Below are positions 51,714-60,440 of a stretch of DNA of 64,000 nucleotides, one piece after another. Source of the stretch: a virus. Both the position numbers and the translations under genes were made by a program. Each line of letters begins with the position of its first letter. The first letter of the stretch is position 1. The stretch covers positions 1,839 to 65,838 of IMG/VR virus record IMGVR_UViG_3300036816_000007. One strand, written 5' to 3'. The notes beneath the pieces were generated by a model. It searched no databases. It had not been told where the DNA came from and saw nothing but the letters and a program-made list of their open reading frames with translations.

Positions 51714-52133
51714 TTATGCCGCCGCAACCAGTCCGCGATTCAACGCCAACGATAGCTCTACCCAGCGCTCACTAGCGGTTGCTTCCCGCGCCCAGTATTC
51801 GCCGAGCATGCGGTTCTCGAACATGAACACGCGCGGCATTTCGCCATCGACCGCCCAAACGCCAATTACGTAATCAGCATCGGATAAATCGTACGTTGTT
51901 CCGTTACCTTTCCGTGCATAGACTACGAGGTCGCCGCCGCGATCCATCCGTTGGCGCACCGTCTTCACCTGAATCTTAGCGTATTCTCCGTTAATCGGAT
52001 CACGCGCCAGGATATCGTAAGCTTCGTCCGTCTCCGCCTTGTGTACGGTCCATCCGTTAGCTAACAGCGCAAGACGCGCCGCCAGCTCCGAATACTTTCC
52101 GGTGATTTCCGTTACATGTGCGATATAAACCAC
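51714..52133 (-). CDS. small PD-(D/E)XK-like endonuclease
   Basis: The sequence SELAARLALLANGWTVHKAETDEAYDILARD...KIQVKT fits the E...D...(E/Q)xK pattern. Confidence 0.45.
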   Translation of the reverse strand: MVYIAHVTEITGKYSELAARLALLANGWTVHKAETDEAYDILARDPINGEYAKIQVKTVRQRMDRGGDLVVYARKGNGTTYDLSDADYVIGVWAVDGEMPRVFMFENRMLGEYWAREATASERWVELSLALNRGLVAAA

Positions 52134-52169
52134 TCCTCTTCGTTATTTTGCGGGCTTGTAAGTTGCGTT

Positions 52170-52958
52170 TTAGAACGGAAATTCTTCTTCGAGAATTTCA
52201 GGCGCGTCGCTATCCGAAGGAGCTGGCGCGGTGTTAGCGTTCGCGCCGATCGAGAGTCCGAGGCGTCCGATATCAAAGCCCGCGATTACGAGATTCTTAA
52301 CCTGTTCATCTTCCTTCGCGACATAGAGGCACGTTTCGAACGTTTCGAAATCGAACGGAGTCTCGCCAGCCTTATCGAAATTGGCGCGTTCTTTTTCCGT
52401 CAGGTCTTCGTCCATATCGAGGATCGGCGACAGGCTTACGACAGTGTTCGTAGATGATCCGGTCTTAGAAATCTCAAACGCGAGACGATCGAGTTTCTTC
52501 TCGTACTTCTTGATTGCCGCGAATACTCCGGCTGCCTGCTTCGGTGTCAAGTCGATAACAATATCCGCGCCATCTTCAAGGTTGCCGAAGGCCACGAGAT
52601 ACTTCGGTTTTCCTTTGTACAAGTACGCTTGCTTACGGATTTCCTCCGCTCCAGACTCATCTCCGCCATCCTTCGCTTTCTTCGCGTCGGCATACAAAAG
52701 GTCAGCCGCACGGTCCCATACGGAAGGATTCGCTGTTACGTAACCTTTGTCGTTACGAGTCGCGGGATTCTCCGGTACGAACGTATTGACCTTACCGAAC
52801 ATTCCGAAGCCGAAGTACTCAACGGAATCCTCAACGGATTTTACGCGGACTTTGTAAGTTGTGCCAGAAGTGAACGGTACAAGCGCGGAGCTTGGCGTAT
52901 CCTTATCGGCTTGAGCATTGGCAACAGCGGCGGCACCTTTTTTCGTAAACATCGACAT
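52170..52958 (-). CDS. putative ssDNA-binding protein (gp2.5-like, acidic tail ending in Phe)
   Basis: 262 aa with the C-terminus DSDAPEILEEEFPF, located in the replication module. Fold not verified. Confidence 0.45.
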   Translation of the reverse strand: MSMFTKKGAAAVANAQADKDTPSSALVPFTSGTTYKVRVKSVEDSVEYFGFGMFGKVNTFVPENPATRNDKGYVTANPSVWDRAADLLYADAKKAKDGGDESGAEEIRKQAYLYKGKPKYLVAFGNLEDGADIVIDLTPKQAAGVFAAIKKYEKKLDRLAFEISKTGSSTNTVVSLSPILDMDEDLTEKERANFDKAGETPFDFETFETCLYVAKEDEQVKNLVIAGFDIGRLGLSIGANANTAPAPSDSDAPEILEEEFPF

Positions 52959-53051
52959 TCGATCACGTTCCTTTTCGGTTTATTTTCGGGTCGCAATTCC
53001 TACGCCCGCTGCACGGCACTAACCGGATGTTTACACAGTTAATACCGCGCA

Positions 53052-53090
53052 GCCGACGAAGGTGTCGGCAATCATGCGCTATTTAAATAG
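53052..53090. promoter_or_regulatory. hairpin GCCGAC-N6-GTCGGC and the perfect 12-bp palindrome CTATTTAAATAG
   Basis: The hairpin is at 53052-53069 and the palindrome at 53079-53090, in the gap upstream of the SSB-like gene. Confidence 0.4.
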
Positions 53091-53103
53091 GAAATGATAC
53101 GGT

Positions 53104-53640
53104 TCAAATTACAGCGGCATAACTTTCGGCCGCCTTCAACACATCGCGTCTAACGCGGTTTATATCGCGTTCAACCTCTGTTATCCGCATAGTCAGCGCG
53201 TTAACTCTCGCATGGCACGCGTTACGCTTCGCCTCCGATCGCGCACCTAATGCCGATGCTCGTAATTCGCAGACTTCCGTTTCCATCCGCGTACGTAATT
53301 CGAGGAGCTTGCGTTCTTCCTGTAGGGCGCGCCGCTTGTGCTTGCGCAGCTCCTTATCCGCCAGCCTTTCGATGACCCCGCGCCACTCTTTTTGGACGCT
53401 CGCTTCCCGCACGGTGATTACCGCGTTATCCGCAATGGCTACGAAGATAACGACTTTGCCTGACGTATATGCGCGGCGCATCTTGCCGGAGTCATCCGGG
53501 ATACATCCGATAAATGACGCGGCATCGAGTTTCTGCGCAAGCCATTCGGTGATTTGTACGTCGCTGCCGCGGACATTAAACCGTTCACGGGCGCGCTTAA
53601 TTGCGTGCGAAGTTGCGGACCATCTCAGCGGAGTTTTCAC
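53104..53640 (-). CDS. hypothetical coiled-coil protein
   Basis: 178 aa track ORF. Confidence 0.55.
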   Translation of the reverse strand: MKTPLRWSATSHAIKRARERFNVRGSDVQITEWLAQKLDAASFIGCIPDDSGKMRRAYTSGKVVIFVAIADNAVITVREASVQKEWRGVIERLADKELRKHKRRALQEERKLLELRTRMETEVCELRASALGARSEAKRNACHARVNALTMRITEVERDINRVRRDVLKAAESYAAVI

Positions 53641-53831
53641 GCAATCACCCGTCCTCTCCGCAAAGTGCGCGCATCAATATAATCCGCGGAGTCTTCGTAC
53701 TCTGCGGCTGCACCGTTGTACCAAACGTCAGGGTAGCGGCGAGATTGCGGGAGAGAAATATTAAGAAAACGTGAAACTTCCGTGTTAGACGAACGTAAAT
53801 TATTAGCAAGGGCGCGTTTCAAGGCGGCCAC
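53637..53831 (-). CDS. hypothetical protein
   Basis: 64 aa with a TTG start after GGAGGTG. Confidence 0.45.
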   Translation of the reverse strand: MAALKRALANNLRSSNTEVSRFLNISLPQSRRYPDVWYNGAAAEYEDSADYIDARTLRRGRVIA

Positions 53832-53975
53832 CTCCGGGTATAATATAGTTAGATAGCGTTGACAAGCGTTATCAACCGTGGTAACATGCTAATTGTGAGT
53901 TATACAAGTTACCAATGATTTACAACATACATAATGTATCTGGATTGTTTAATTGTTAAGAAAGTATGATATACT

Positions 53976-54025
53976 CTTTTTGAGCAAAGGTCGGGCTTCA
54001 TGCCTGAAACTCCGACCGTGCTTTT
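53976..54025. terminator. bidirectional stem-loop after the sigma-like gene
   Basis: GGTCGG (53989-53994) pairs with CCGACC (54012-54017). It is flanked by TTTGCTC on the minus strand and GTGCTTTT on the plus strand. Confidence 0.5.
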
Positions 54026-54030
54026 AAAGG

Positions 54031-54657
54031 TTAAACAGCTAGGTATTCGTTAACATCTCCGAAACGATTAGCGTCGTATCCGCGAGATAATTTTCGAAGC
54101 TTGCGTTTAACAAACTCGTGATGCATTCCTAGCGCTTTAGCGAGCGCCGTGATGGAATCGTGTTGCGGAAACTGCGATACAATTAGCGTTGTATCGTTGT
54201 CGACCTTAGCTGGGTCAATCAGGGAGACGATCAGTTGGCGCTGGTCGTCTTCTTTTTTGCGTAATTGGCTTAAGACATCTTCTTCTAAGTTGTAGTTATC
54301 CACGACGTCGGATGTTGGCGCATCCTCGTCATGATTTGTAATATCTATAGTTAGCGCGTTCCTTTTCCGGTATGACTTAGCACTTTTTATAAAATTTATT
54401 GTGGCGTTTTTTAATGCAGTGGACATCGCTTTTGTGAAGTCCAGCACGTCGGGCTCCCTACTTAGCTTAAGTATGACTGCGTTGAAAACTCCATCCGCAT
54501 CACTCTCATCTCCCCAACCACTTCGGACTAACCTTCCCCGATTAACTTTGTCGAAGATGTGCTTTGCCTCGTGGTACAGTTCGCTGAAGGAATCATCACT
54601 GGGATTTAGTTTGTAAGCAATCGCCAGTCTATTTAGTTTCGTTATGTTCATTCTCAT
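54031..54657 (-). CDS. sigma-70-family-like factor (regions 2 and 4)
   Basis: Region-2-like FSELYHEAKHIFDKV...DADGVFNAVILKL and a C-terminal HTH ITALAKALGMHHEFVKRKLRKL. By eye the segment is AT-rich. Confidence 0.5.
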   Translation of the reverse strand: MRMNITKLNRLAIAYKLNPSDDSFSELYHEAKHIFDKVNRGRLVRSGWGDESDADGVFNAVILKLSREPDVLDFTKAMSTALKNATINFIKSAKSYRKRNALTIDITNHDEDAPTSDVVDNYNLEEDVLSQLRKKEDDQRQLIVSLIDPAKVDNDTTLIVSQFPQHDSITALAKALGMHHEFVKRKLRKLSRGYDANRFGDVNEYLAV

Positions 54658-54670
54658 TCTCCTCTCGGGC

Positions 54671-54711
54671 CTTATACTTAAATTGACAACCTGCTATCCT
54701 CGTTCGCACAC
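54671..54711 (-). promoter_or_regulatory. conserved 41-bp promoter-like element, copy 2
   Basis: The minus strand reads GTGTGCGAA-N12-GGTTGTCAATTTAAGTATAAG. It ends 13 nt before the sigma-like start codon region. Confidence 0.6.
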
Positions 54712-54727
54712 TTTTTGAAGAAAAATA

Positions 54728-54736
54728 TGTTAAAAT
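54728..54736 (+). promoter_or_regulatory. extended -10 (TGTTAAAAT) for the XRE gene at 54777
   Basis: A TGn plus TAAAAT element lies ~40 nt upstream of the ATG. Confidence 0.45.
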
Positions 54737-54776
54737 GTTTTTGTACCATCTGTAACACGTTGGAGGCATAGTAGTT

Positions 54777-55010
54777 ATGGGACTCTACCCCGGAGATTGC
54801 CGCCTCCAATACTTACTCGATCGTGCAGGTATGTCTCAAGCTGAACTGTCACGGCGTACAGGTCTTAGTCCTCAGTATATAAACGGACTAATTAATGAAC
54901 GCTGGAAAAAAGGAATAATGAAGTTAGACAAGGCCAGGCTTATTTGTGCTGTCCTAAAGATTGATAATCCCTTTGACCTTTATGAGTGGAGAGCTGAGAA
55001 GCCTGACTGA
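54777..55010 (+). CDS. XRE-family HTH regulator
   Basis: The HTH pattern is LLDRAGMSQAELSRRTGLSPQYINGLINE. The SD is GGAGG. The gene is divergent from the sigma-like gene. Confidence 0.75.
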   Translation: MGLYPGDCRLQYLLDRAGMSQAELSRRTGLSPQYINGLINERWKKGIMKLDKARLICAVLKIDNPFDLYEWRAEKPD

Positions 55011-55093
55011 TTGAGATTGTATTATGTAGCGGCGTACGTCGGACTAACCTCCGCGTACCCGCAAATATACGCACTATTGCGTACTTCCTGATA

Positions 55094-56095
55094 TTACATT
55101 ATTTGACGATACGTGTCGATACTATGTTGCGCCTTTACGAATATATTTCGTCTAACAGCGCCAGCAACCGTATTCCTCACCGACTCCTCATCGCCGACCT
55201 CGTTCGCATCCTTCGCGCCATTCGACCACCTCACGTCATACAACTCGCAGTATCCACGCATCTTAGCCGCAATCTCTTCGCGTAGCTTCTCGCCGGCCGC
55301 GTCATTATCCGTTCCCAGAACGAGCTCACTTACGGGAGACATCCGCAGCATCTCCGCCTGGTTATCCGTAAACGTAGATCCGCCGACCGCAACCGCAGGT
55401 ATTCCGCAGCTCCACAGATATAACGCGTCCGTTTCGGATTCAACGATAACAACTCGTTCGATTTTCCGCGCATAAACGAGGTGTATCCCGTATATCATGT
55501 TACGGACAGGTGCGCCGCCCTTCGCATACCAGAACGCCTTACTCCATGTCGCCCGCCACTTTGCGTTGATTATCGTACCGTCTGGCGCGTGCCATGGCAT
55601 TACTACCGCGTTCTTGTCGTTATCGTAACCGCAGTTAAATGCGCGCTGCACTTCCGGATCGATTCCGCGTCCAGTTAGATACGGGACCGCTACGGACTTA
55701 TACGCGCTCACATCGATCGGTTGCGGCTTAGGTGGCGGACCCGGCGGTACGAGTTTAATCCGGAGTTTAGGCGGACCATCTTCGCTCACATCGCCGGTCG
55801 TCAACTCTTCGCGCGCCTCTTCGTATGTTATGTTGCGAAGGAACGCGTAAAGCTTAACGGGACCTCCGCGAGCCCATTCCGGGTCATTAGCGCCCGAGTC
55901 ACGCCAGCAACCAAAGTCGGCCGAATCTGGATCGATAATTACGCTGAATGATGGCGTCTTATCTGCTCGGTTGCCAAACGGTGATGAAGCGTTTAACCGA
56001 CCGCGAGTATTCGGTTGGACATTGCGCCAGTCGTACGCGCCGATTGCGGCTAAGAACATGTCAACGTTTATAACATTAGTCAAGGTTCTGTTCAC
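55094..56095 (-). CDS. dnaG: DnaG-like primase (TOPRIM) with a degenerate zinc-binding motif
   Basis: TOPRIM motifs VVIVESETDAL and LGTDNDAAGEK. The N-terminal SSPFGNRADKTPSF...FGCWRDSG lacks most CHC2 ligands. Confidence 0.75.
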   Translation of the reverse strand: MNRTLTNVINVDMFLAAIGAYDWRNVQPNTRGRLNASSPFGNRADKTPSFSVIIDPDSADFGCWRDSGANDPEWARGGPVKLYAFLRNITYEEAREELTTGDVSEDGPPKLRIKLVPPGPPPKPQPIDVSAYKSVAVPYLTGRGIDPEVQRAFNCGYDNDKNAVVMPWHAPDGTIINAKWRATWSKAFWYAKGGAPVRNMIYGIHLVYARKIERVVIVESETDALYLWSCGIPAVAVGGSTFTDNQAEMLRMSPVSELVLGTDNDAAGEKLREEIAAKMRGYCELYDVRWSNGAKDANEVGDEESVRNTVAGAVRRNIFVKAQHSIDTYRQIM

Positions 56096-56147
56096 CCTTC
56101 CTATTGCTCACTTATGCAAAACGTGGTATAGTTCTATTTATCAACCA

Positions 56148-56200
56148 ATATTCAAAATGAATATCGGCCTGAAACCTATACTAATCTTCGATTTGAATAT
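56148..56200. promoter_or_regulatory. operator-like sites: palindrome ATATTCA-AAA-TGAATAT plus a third TGAATAT half-site
   Basis: The palindrome is at 56148-56164 and the half-site at 56194-56200, abutting the -35 of the primase promoter. Confidence 0.6.
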
Positions 56201-56206
56201 TGTCAA
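56178..56206 (-). promoter_or_regulatory. sigma-A promoter TTGACA-N17-TAGTAT for the primase operon
   Basis: The minus strand reads TTGACAATATTCAAATCGAAGATTAGTAT. A plus-strand TATACT overlaps the same bases. Confidence 0.65.
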
Positions 56207-56218
56207 GGAGGAAAAACG

Positions 56219-56434
56219 GTGACGTCAGAAATCATTTCTCAGCGAATTACATCCCTACTAGAGCGTGATAACATCCAACAAAAGCAGCTTGCTGAGTTCT
56301 TGGAAATGCATCCTGCAACACTGAATGGATACATGAAAGGTCGCCGCGATTTTCCTGTTACTGTTATACTTAACATCGCTAACTACTTCACGGTATCAAC
56401 TGACTACATATTGGGAAGAACTGACAAAGCATAA
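56219..56434 (+). CDS. XRE-family HTH regulator
   Basis: The HTH pattern is LLERDNIQQKQLAEFLEMHPATLNGYMKG. The GTG start follows AAGGAGG. Confidence 0.75.
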   Translation: MTSEIISQRITSLLERDNIQQKQLAEFLEMHPATLNGYMKGRRDFPVTVILNIANYFTVSTDYILGRTDKA

Positions 56435-56441
56435 GCGGTAA

Positions 56442-57800
56442 TCAAAAACCGCTCACGCTCGCAAACTGTTCCGCCTGCACCTGCGTATCCAACTCGCGCA
56501 CCACTCCGTAATTCGGCAGGTATACGATTTCAACGCGGGTGTCTTCGCCGCCATTACGTCCCTTCTTGATCCATACCGCTCCGCGCCCTTCCTTATTCAA
56601 CGTATCTACGCCGAGTAGGTTCGTAGCGTCTTCGAGTATGGCCTTCGTCTTCTTAACTTCCGCACGCTTAGGCGCAACTAATTCGCGCTCACCTTCCGCG
56701 TTCTCTTCGTCTTTAACCTCGTCCGCCTGCGTAACAACGTGTACAACGCTCTTTAACCGTCCGGCCATCCGCCGCAGCTTCTTCGATGTTTCCGCAACGT
56801 CACCGCCAGCAGTCCGCGAGGTGTTCGCTTCGAAATCCATCAAGTATATCGGATCGACTACGACAACGTCCGCATCCACTTCGATAATGTCCGATTCCAG
56901 ATTCGTTATGCCGCGGTTGATAAATCCTTCGCTATCTGTTGCGCGGAGTAGTATCTTGCCCGGAATGATTTCGTTAAGCGCCGCGACAAACTGTTCAAGT
57001 CCGCGTTCGTACGCGTCATCCAATTTCCCCATCAGCATCCGCTTGTTGTCGAATCCGACCGTATAATCCACGCCGTCAATTCGCTCAACTGTACCGCTGA
57101 CTCTCGCGGAGATAGACGAGTAAGCACGCGCCATCCATTCGAACGTGCTCATTTCGAGTATCCACAGTAGAACGACCGCGCCTTGGAACGCAGATTCAAG
57201 CGCCTCCTCCATTACGATAACGGATTTACCGCGGCCTGACCGCCCGTACCATGCGTACATGTTTCCGGAAAGGTAGCCGCCGATCGCTTCGTTAACAGTT
57301 TCGAATTTGCTCCGCCAAATCTTAAACGAGGTGCCGGACTTACGTGCGCGGTACTCTATAAGAAACTGTTCGCCCGATGTGGAAATATCCGTAATCTTCG
57401 GAACGCTTGTTCGTGTTTTAATCTTAATCTCATTGGTCCGCTCCGTCAACCTATTAATGAAAGATTCTGTCGACATTTCGCCGAATTCTCGTTCCAGGTC
57501 CGGACTATTTAATAATGCGGCCAATTCGCGCTTACCTGTTGCATCCTTTAGCTCGCCCGCTAAGTACTCGAACGAATCCGTAACCTCTGGTATATGTGTT
57601 ATGTTTCTCACGTTTGCGGAGAACGTTGCGTAAGATGGCGCAGCTCCGCCATTTTCTGACGCGTATTTAACAATGAAATCGTAAGCCTCGCGTTCGGCCG
57701 GCGTTGGGAAGTCCGATCGCTTTACGTTATACTTCGCGAGGGCCTGCGTTGAGCCTTCGTCAATTAACTTAGATAGCAACTGTTGACCTGTAACCGCCAT
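56442..57800 (-). CDS. dnaB: replicative DNA helicase (DnaB family)
   Basis: Walker A YGRSGRGKSV and Walker B VVVVDPIYLM. 452 aa, with no intein-sized insertion. Confidence 0.85.
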   Translation of the reverse strand: MAVTGQQLLSKLIDEGSTQALAKYNVKRSDFPTPAEREAYDFIVKYASENGGAAPSYATFSANVRNITHIPEVTDSFEYLAGELKDATGKRELAALLNSPDLEREFGEMSTESFINRLTERTNEIKIKTRTSVPKITDISTSGEQFLIEYRARKSGTSFKIWRSKFETVNEAIGGYLSGNMYAWYGRSGRGKSVIVMEEALESAFQGAVVLLWILEMSTFEWMARAYSSISARVSGTVERIDGVDYTVGFDNKRMLMGKLDDAYERGLEQFVAALNEIIPGKILLRATDSEGFINRGITNLESDIIEVDADVVVVDPIYLMDFEANTSRTAGGDVAETSKKLRRMAGRLKSVVHVVTQADEVKDEENAEGERELVAPKRAEVKKTKAILEDATNLLGVDTLNKEGRGAVWIKKGRNGGEDTRVEIVYLPNYGVVRELDTQVQAEQFASVSGF

Positions 57801-57907
57801 GTATATACACCTCCAGTTTTACACCGCCATGATAGATATCGTCAAATCCCGTTTTAGGACGATTTTCCCTCTTGACAAGGAAAATATAGTTCGACACCAA
57901 TTCCAAT

Positions 57908-58066
57908 TTACGTAATTAATTGGACAGATTTAGGTAAAAAGTGGTCCGAAATATGATTGTCAATCAGATTGTCAAGTCGCATTTTGTCGAAGTCCGTGTC
58001 GATTGCGTTAACAGCGTAATTGTCCAACTCCCGAATGCTCCCGTTTTCGCCGTTTTTCGTTTTCAC
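57908..58066 (-). CDS. hypothetical 52-aa protein with (L/I)DN repeats (below the track cutoff)
   Basis: The GTGA start overlaps the stop of the loader gene. Hand translation gives MKTKNGENGSIRELDNYAVNAIDTDFDKMRLDNLIDNHISDHFLPKSVQLIT. Confidence 0.5.
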   Translation of the reverse strand: MKTKNGENGSIRELDNYAVNAIDTDFDKMRLDNLIDNHISDHFLPKSVQLIT

Positions 58067-58839
58067 GCTCTTTTTAACCCGCGATGACTAATTCCGACAA
58101 ACTCTCGTTCGATACAGCGGTCCCGAATCCGGTCTATTAATCGCGGCGTAGTTTCGCGTAACACCGTGCCGAGGTCTTTCAGCTCGACGTTGCTCGTATA
58201 TACCGTAACTAAGTCATTTGTTACACGGTAATTAATAACGCTGTGTAAATCGCTGCGGAATCCCTCGGTATCGTCACGCACACCTATATCGTCAAGCACC
58301 GCAAATGGGGCGGATTTAGCGTGCTGCATTTGGGCGTAATATTGGCGCGCTGCTGGCTCCGCAATGTCGTCCGGTACTTTGGGTCGGTTGAACTCCGTAT
58401 AGAGCGTTTGCCACGCGTTTACATCGAGAAAATATGCTGGCCGATCCAACGCTTGCCTGTTGCGCTGGATTGATCCGATATAATGTCGCGTAATGTATTC
58501 GCCGATGAGTGCGGCCGCCGTCGTAGTCTTACCGGTGCCGGGCCCCGCGCTATAAAAGTACAGCGATTTGATCGGTTCCTCCGGATTATCTTCGAATTGG
58601 CGTGCGAATGTCTTGACGTACGCATCCAAAGCGCGGTATATCGACGCCTGGTCCGTCCGTGCGGGCGAATTGGCGAGTGTTAAGCCGAGATATCCCGACG
58701 GTAAGTTTGCCGCGCCTACACGTCCACCTGCGCCATTTAATCCGTGCGTTGCGATATACGATCCGCAGAGCTTCGTACATTGCGCGGAGTCGGCTAGCGA
58801 ACAGTGCTGCGCGAGTATGCAGTTTTTAGCGTTGGACAT
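58063..58839 (-). CDS. DnaC/DnaI-like helicase loader (AAA+)
   Basis: Walker A SAGPGTGKTT, Walker B FAVLDDIG and a Cys-rich N-terminus CILAQHCSLADSAQCTKLCGSY. Confidence 0.75.
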   Translation of the reverse strand: MSNAKNCILAQHCSLADSAQCTKLCGSYIATHGLNGAGGRVGAANLPSGYLGLTLANSPARTDQASIYRALDAYVKTFARQFEDNPEEPIKSLYFYSAGPGTGKTTTAAALIGEYITRHYIGSIQRNRQALDRPAYFLDVNAWQTLYTEFNRPKVPDDIAEPAARQYYAQMQHAKSAPFAVLDDIGVRDDTEGFRSDLHSVINYRVTNDLVTVYTSNVELKDLGTVLRETTPRLIDRIRDRCIEREFVGISHRGLKRA

Positions 58840-58933
58840 TTGCGTTCCTCCTAACTGTAGCGTATTTGAATCGGATTAACGCACACTCTACGCCTGATTT
58901 ACGGATGATTTTCGTACGTTTATAGTGGGCGCG

Positions 58934-59368
58934 TTAAAATAAATCGATAATCTCATCGTCTGTAAATACGTTGTTATCCGCACTATCACCGCAATACTCC
59001 GCCTGTTTCGATGCACGCGCCTGTTCCGCTAAAACTTGCGGCATTATACGTGGGAGAAGATACGCAATTAGAAATCCCGCCGTCAATTGCGGATACTGCG
59101 GCGTAGGTTTATACTCACGGAATGCTCGCGTTATTGTCTCGCGTAGGGCTGACGGACCATATTGCGTTAGTGCCCGCTTGATTACGCCTTGTTCGAATGC
59201 CCAGCCGCGCAATGGAATATACGTCTCCACTCCGAATTGCTCGCGGTTGATATCGGTAACCATTGCGTGGACAGTCGGCGTTTTCCATTCGTCTAGCGGA
59301 AGGTTGCGCCAGTCCTTGCGCATTTCGGACGTGATCTGCGGCTTCGGCGGTTTCTTAGCGCGTGGCAT
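58934..59368 (-). CDS. hypothetical replication-module protein with an acidic tail ending in Phe
   Basis: Internal start MPRAKKPPKP lies 8 nt after GGAGGTG. The C-terminus is TDDEIIDLF. Confidence 0.5.
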   Translation of the reverse strand: MPRAKKPPKPQITSEMRKDWRNLPLDEWKTPTVHAMVTDINREQFGVETYIPLRGWAFEQGVIKRALTQYGPSALRETITRAFREYKPTPQYPQLTAGFLIAYLLPRIMPQVLAEQARASKQAEYCGDSADNNVFTDDEIIDLF

Positions 59369-59831
59369 CGGCGGACACCTCCGTATTAAGTTTCCGTACA
59401 TGTTCCCGCGCTCCTTGGATAACGTAATCCGTCCCGCTAGACAGCCCCGTTTGTTGAATCCTTCCGTCATCCGGCGCGGAGACTAGCGCCCTGAGCCAGC
59501 GGTGAGACTCCGTTACGTCATCGTATACGGGCGGCGTCGAATCCAGCGCGTCCTTTGCCGTCTGTGCGCAAGTGGACCCACGCATGTCAATTCCGCCGTA
59601 TGTCGCGATCTGAGCGAGTACCGCGCGTAACCGTTCAACCTCCGCCTCAGCCGCGATCGCCCTGCGCAATGCTTCCGACCAACCCTCATCAGCCTCCTCG
59701 AAATAATGCCGCGGACATCCCTCGTCTGGATAATCTGCTCGATAACCTCCGCCCTCATCGTAGTACACTCCGCGGACAGATTCGCATAGCGCAAGATCCG
59801 CGTGTAAATCCCGCTTAATTTCCGTTGTCAT
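59355..59831 (-). CDS. hypothetical protein
   Basis: Internal start MTTEIKRDL lies 8 nt after GGAGGTG. Confidence 0.5.
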   Translation of the reverse strand: MTTEIKRDLHADLALCESVRGVYYDEGGGYRADYPDEGCPRHYFEEADEGWSEALRRAIAAEAEVERLRAVLAQIATYGGIDMRGSTCAQTAKDALDSTPPVYDDVTESHRWLRALVSAPDDGRIQQTGLSSGTDYVIQGAREHVRKLNTEVSADATR

Positions 59832-59988
59832 CTCGTTGACACCTCCGTAGTATAAGTGGACTAGCGTATTTTGGTAAAACGTCATATTCGGGCATATTCA
59901 ACCGTATCTGGTCCTATTCCGTCATTTCTTTTCCGGATCTGAGCATATGGACCTTAGTATTGCTCGATATTGCTCCGGATTCCGCATT

Positions 59989-60375
59989 TTAAGCGTTCAC
60001 TCCTTCGATTTTGACGCCGGCCATATCAAGCGCGTACTCAATCCCGTCAGCAAACGCGTCATCCTCCTCGTGGGTATTATAGTGTCCGATTCCGCCTCGA
60101 TGTTTGAGATAAGCGTCCGTAAGTTCCCGTTCCAACTCCGCCCGCTTCTCTTCCTCCGACATCTCCCGCGTATACCCGTTAACCAGCGCGGCCAGTAACG
60201 TGTCGAACGGAATGGAACATAGCGCCTTTACTGTCGGGTCCGTAGTTAGACCGTTACCAAGTAAGTCCAATATGTTCTCGTTCGTATATTTAAACGTATC
60301 ACTGCGCAACGCCTCGATCGCATCCGCAACCTCTGCGGGAATAGTCGGTCTCACTACGTTACTCATTCGCGTCAT
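59989..60375 (-). CDS. hypothetical protein
   Basis: Track ORF. The start is ambiguous between the two ATGs at 60375 and 60366. Confidence 0.5.
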   Translation of the reverse strand: MTRMSNVVRPTIPAEVADAIEALRSDTFKYTNENILDLLGNGLTTDPTVKALCSIPFDTLLAALVNGYTREMSEEEKRAELERELTDAYLKHRGGIGHYNTHEEDDAFADGIEYALDMAGVKIEGVNA

Positions 60376-60440
60376 CTCCTCCGTTTTGTTTGCGATAATA
60401 TTCGATGATATCGTCGATTGTTTCGAATGTTGGTGCGTTG

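Noticed and set aside
57955-58030. A cluster of TTGTCAA / TTGTCCAA motifs between dnaB and the loader gene that looked like an operator or DnaA-box array.
   Set aside because: Hand translation shows that they are LDN/IDN codons (CTTGACAAT and similar) inside a 52-aa ORF (57908..58066). That ORF is coupled by GTGA to the loader gene stop. Only 57801-57907 is truly intergenic.
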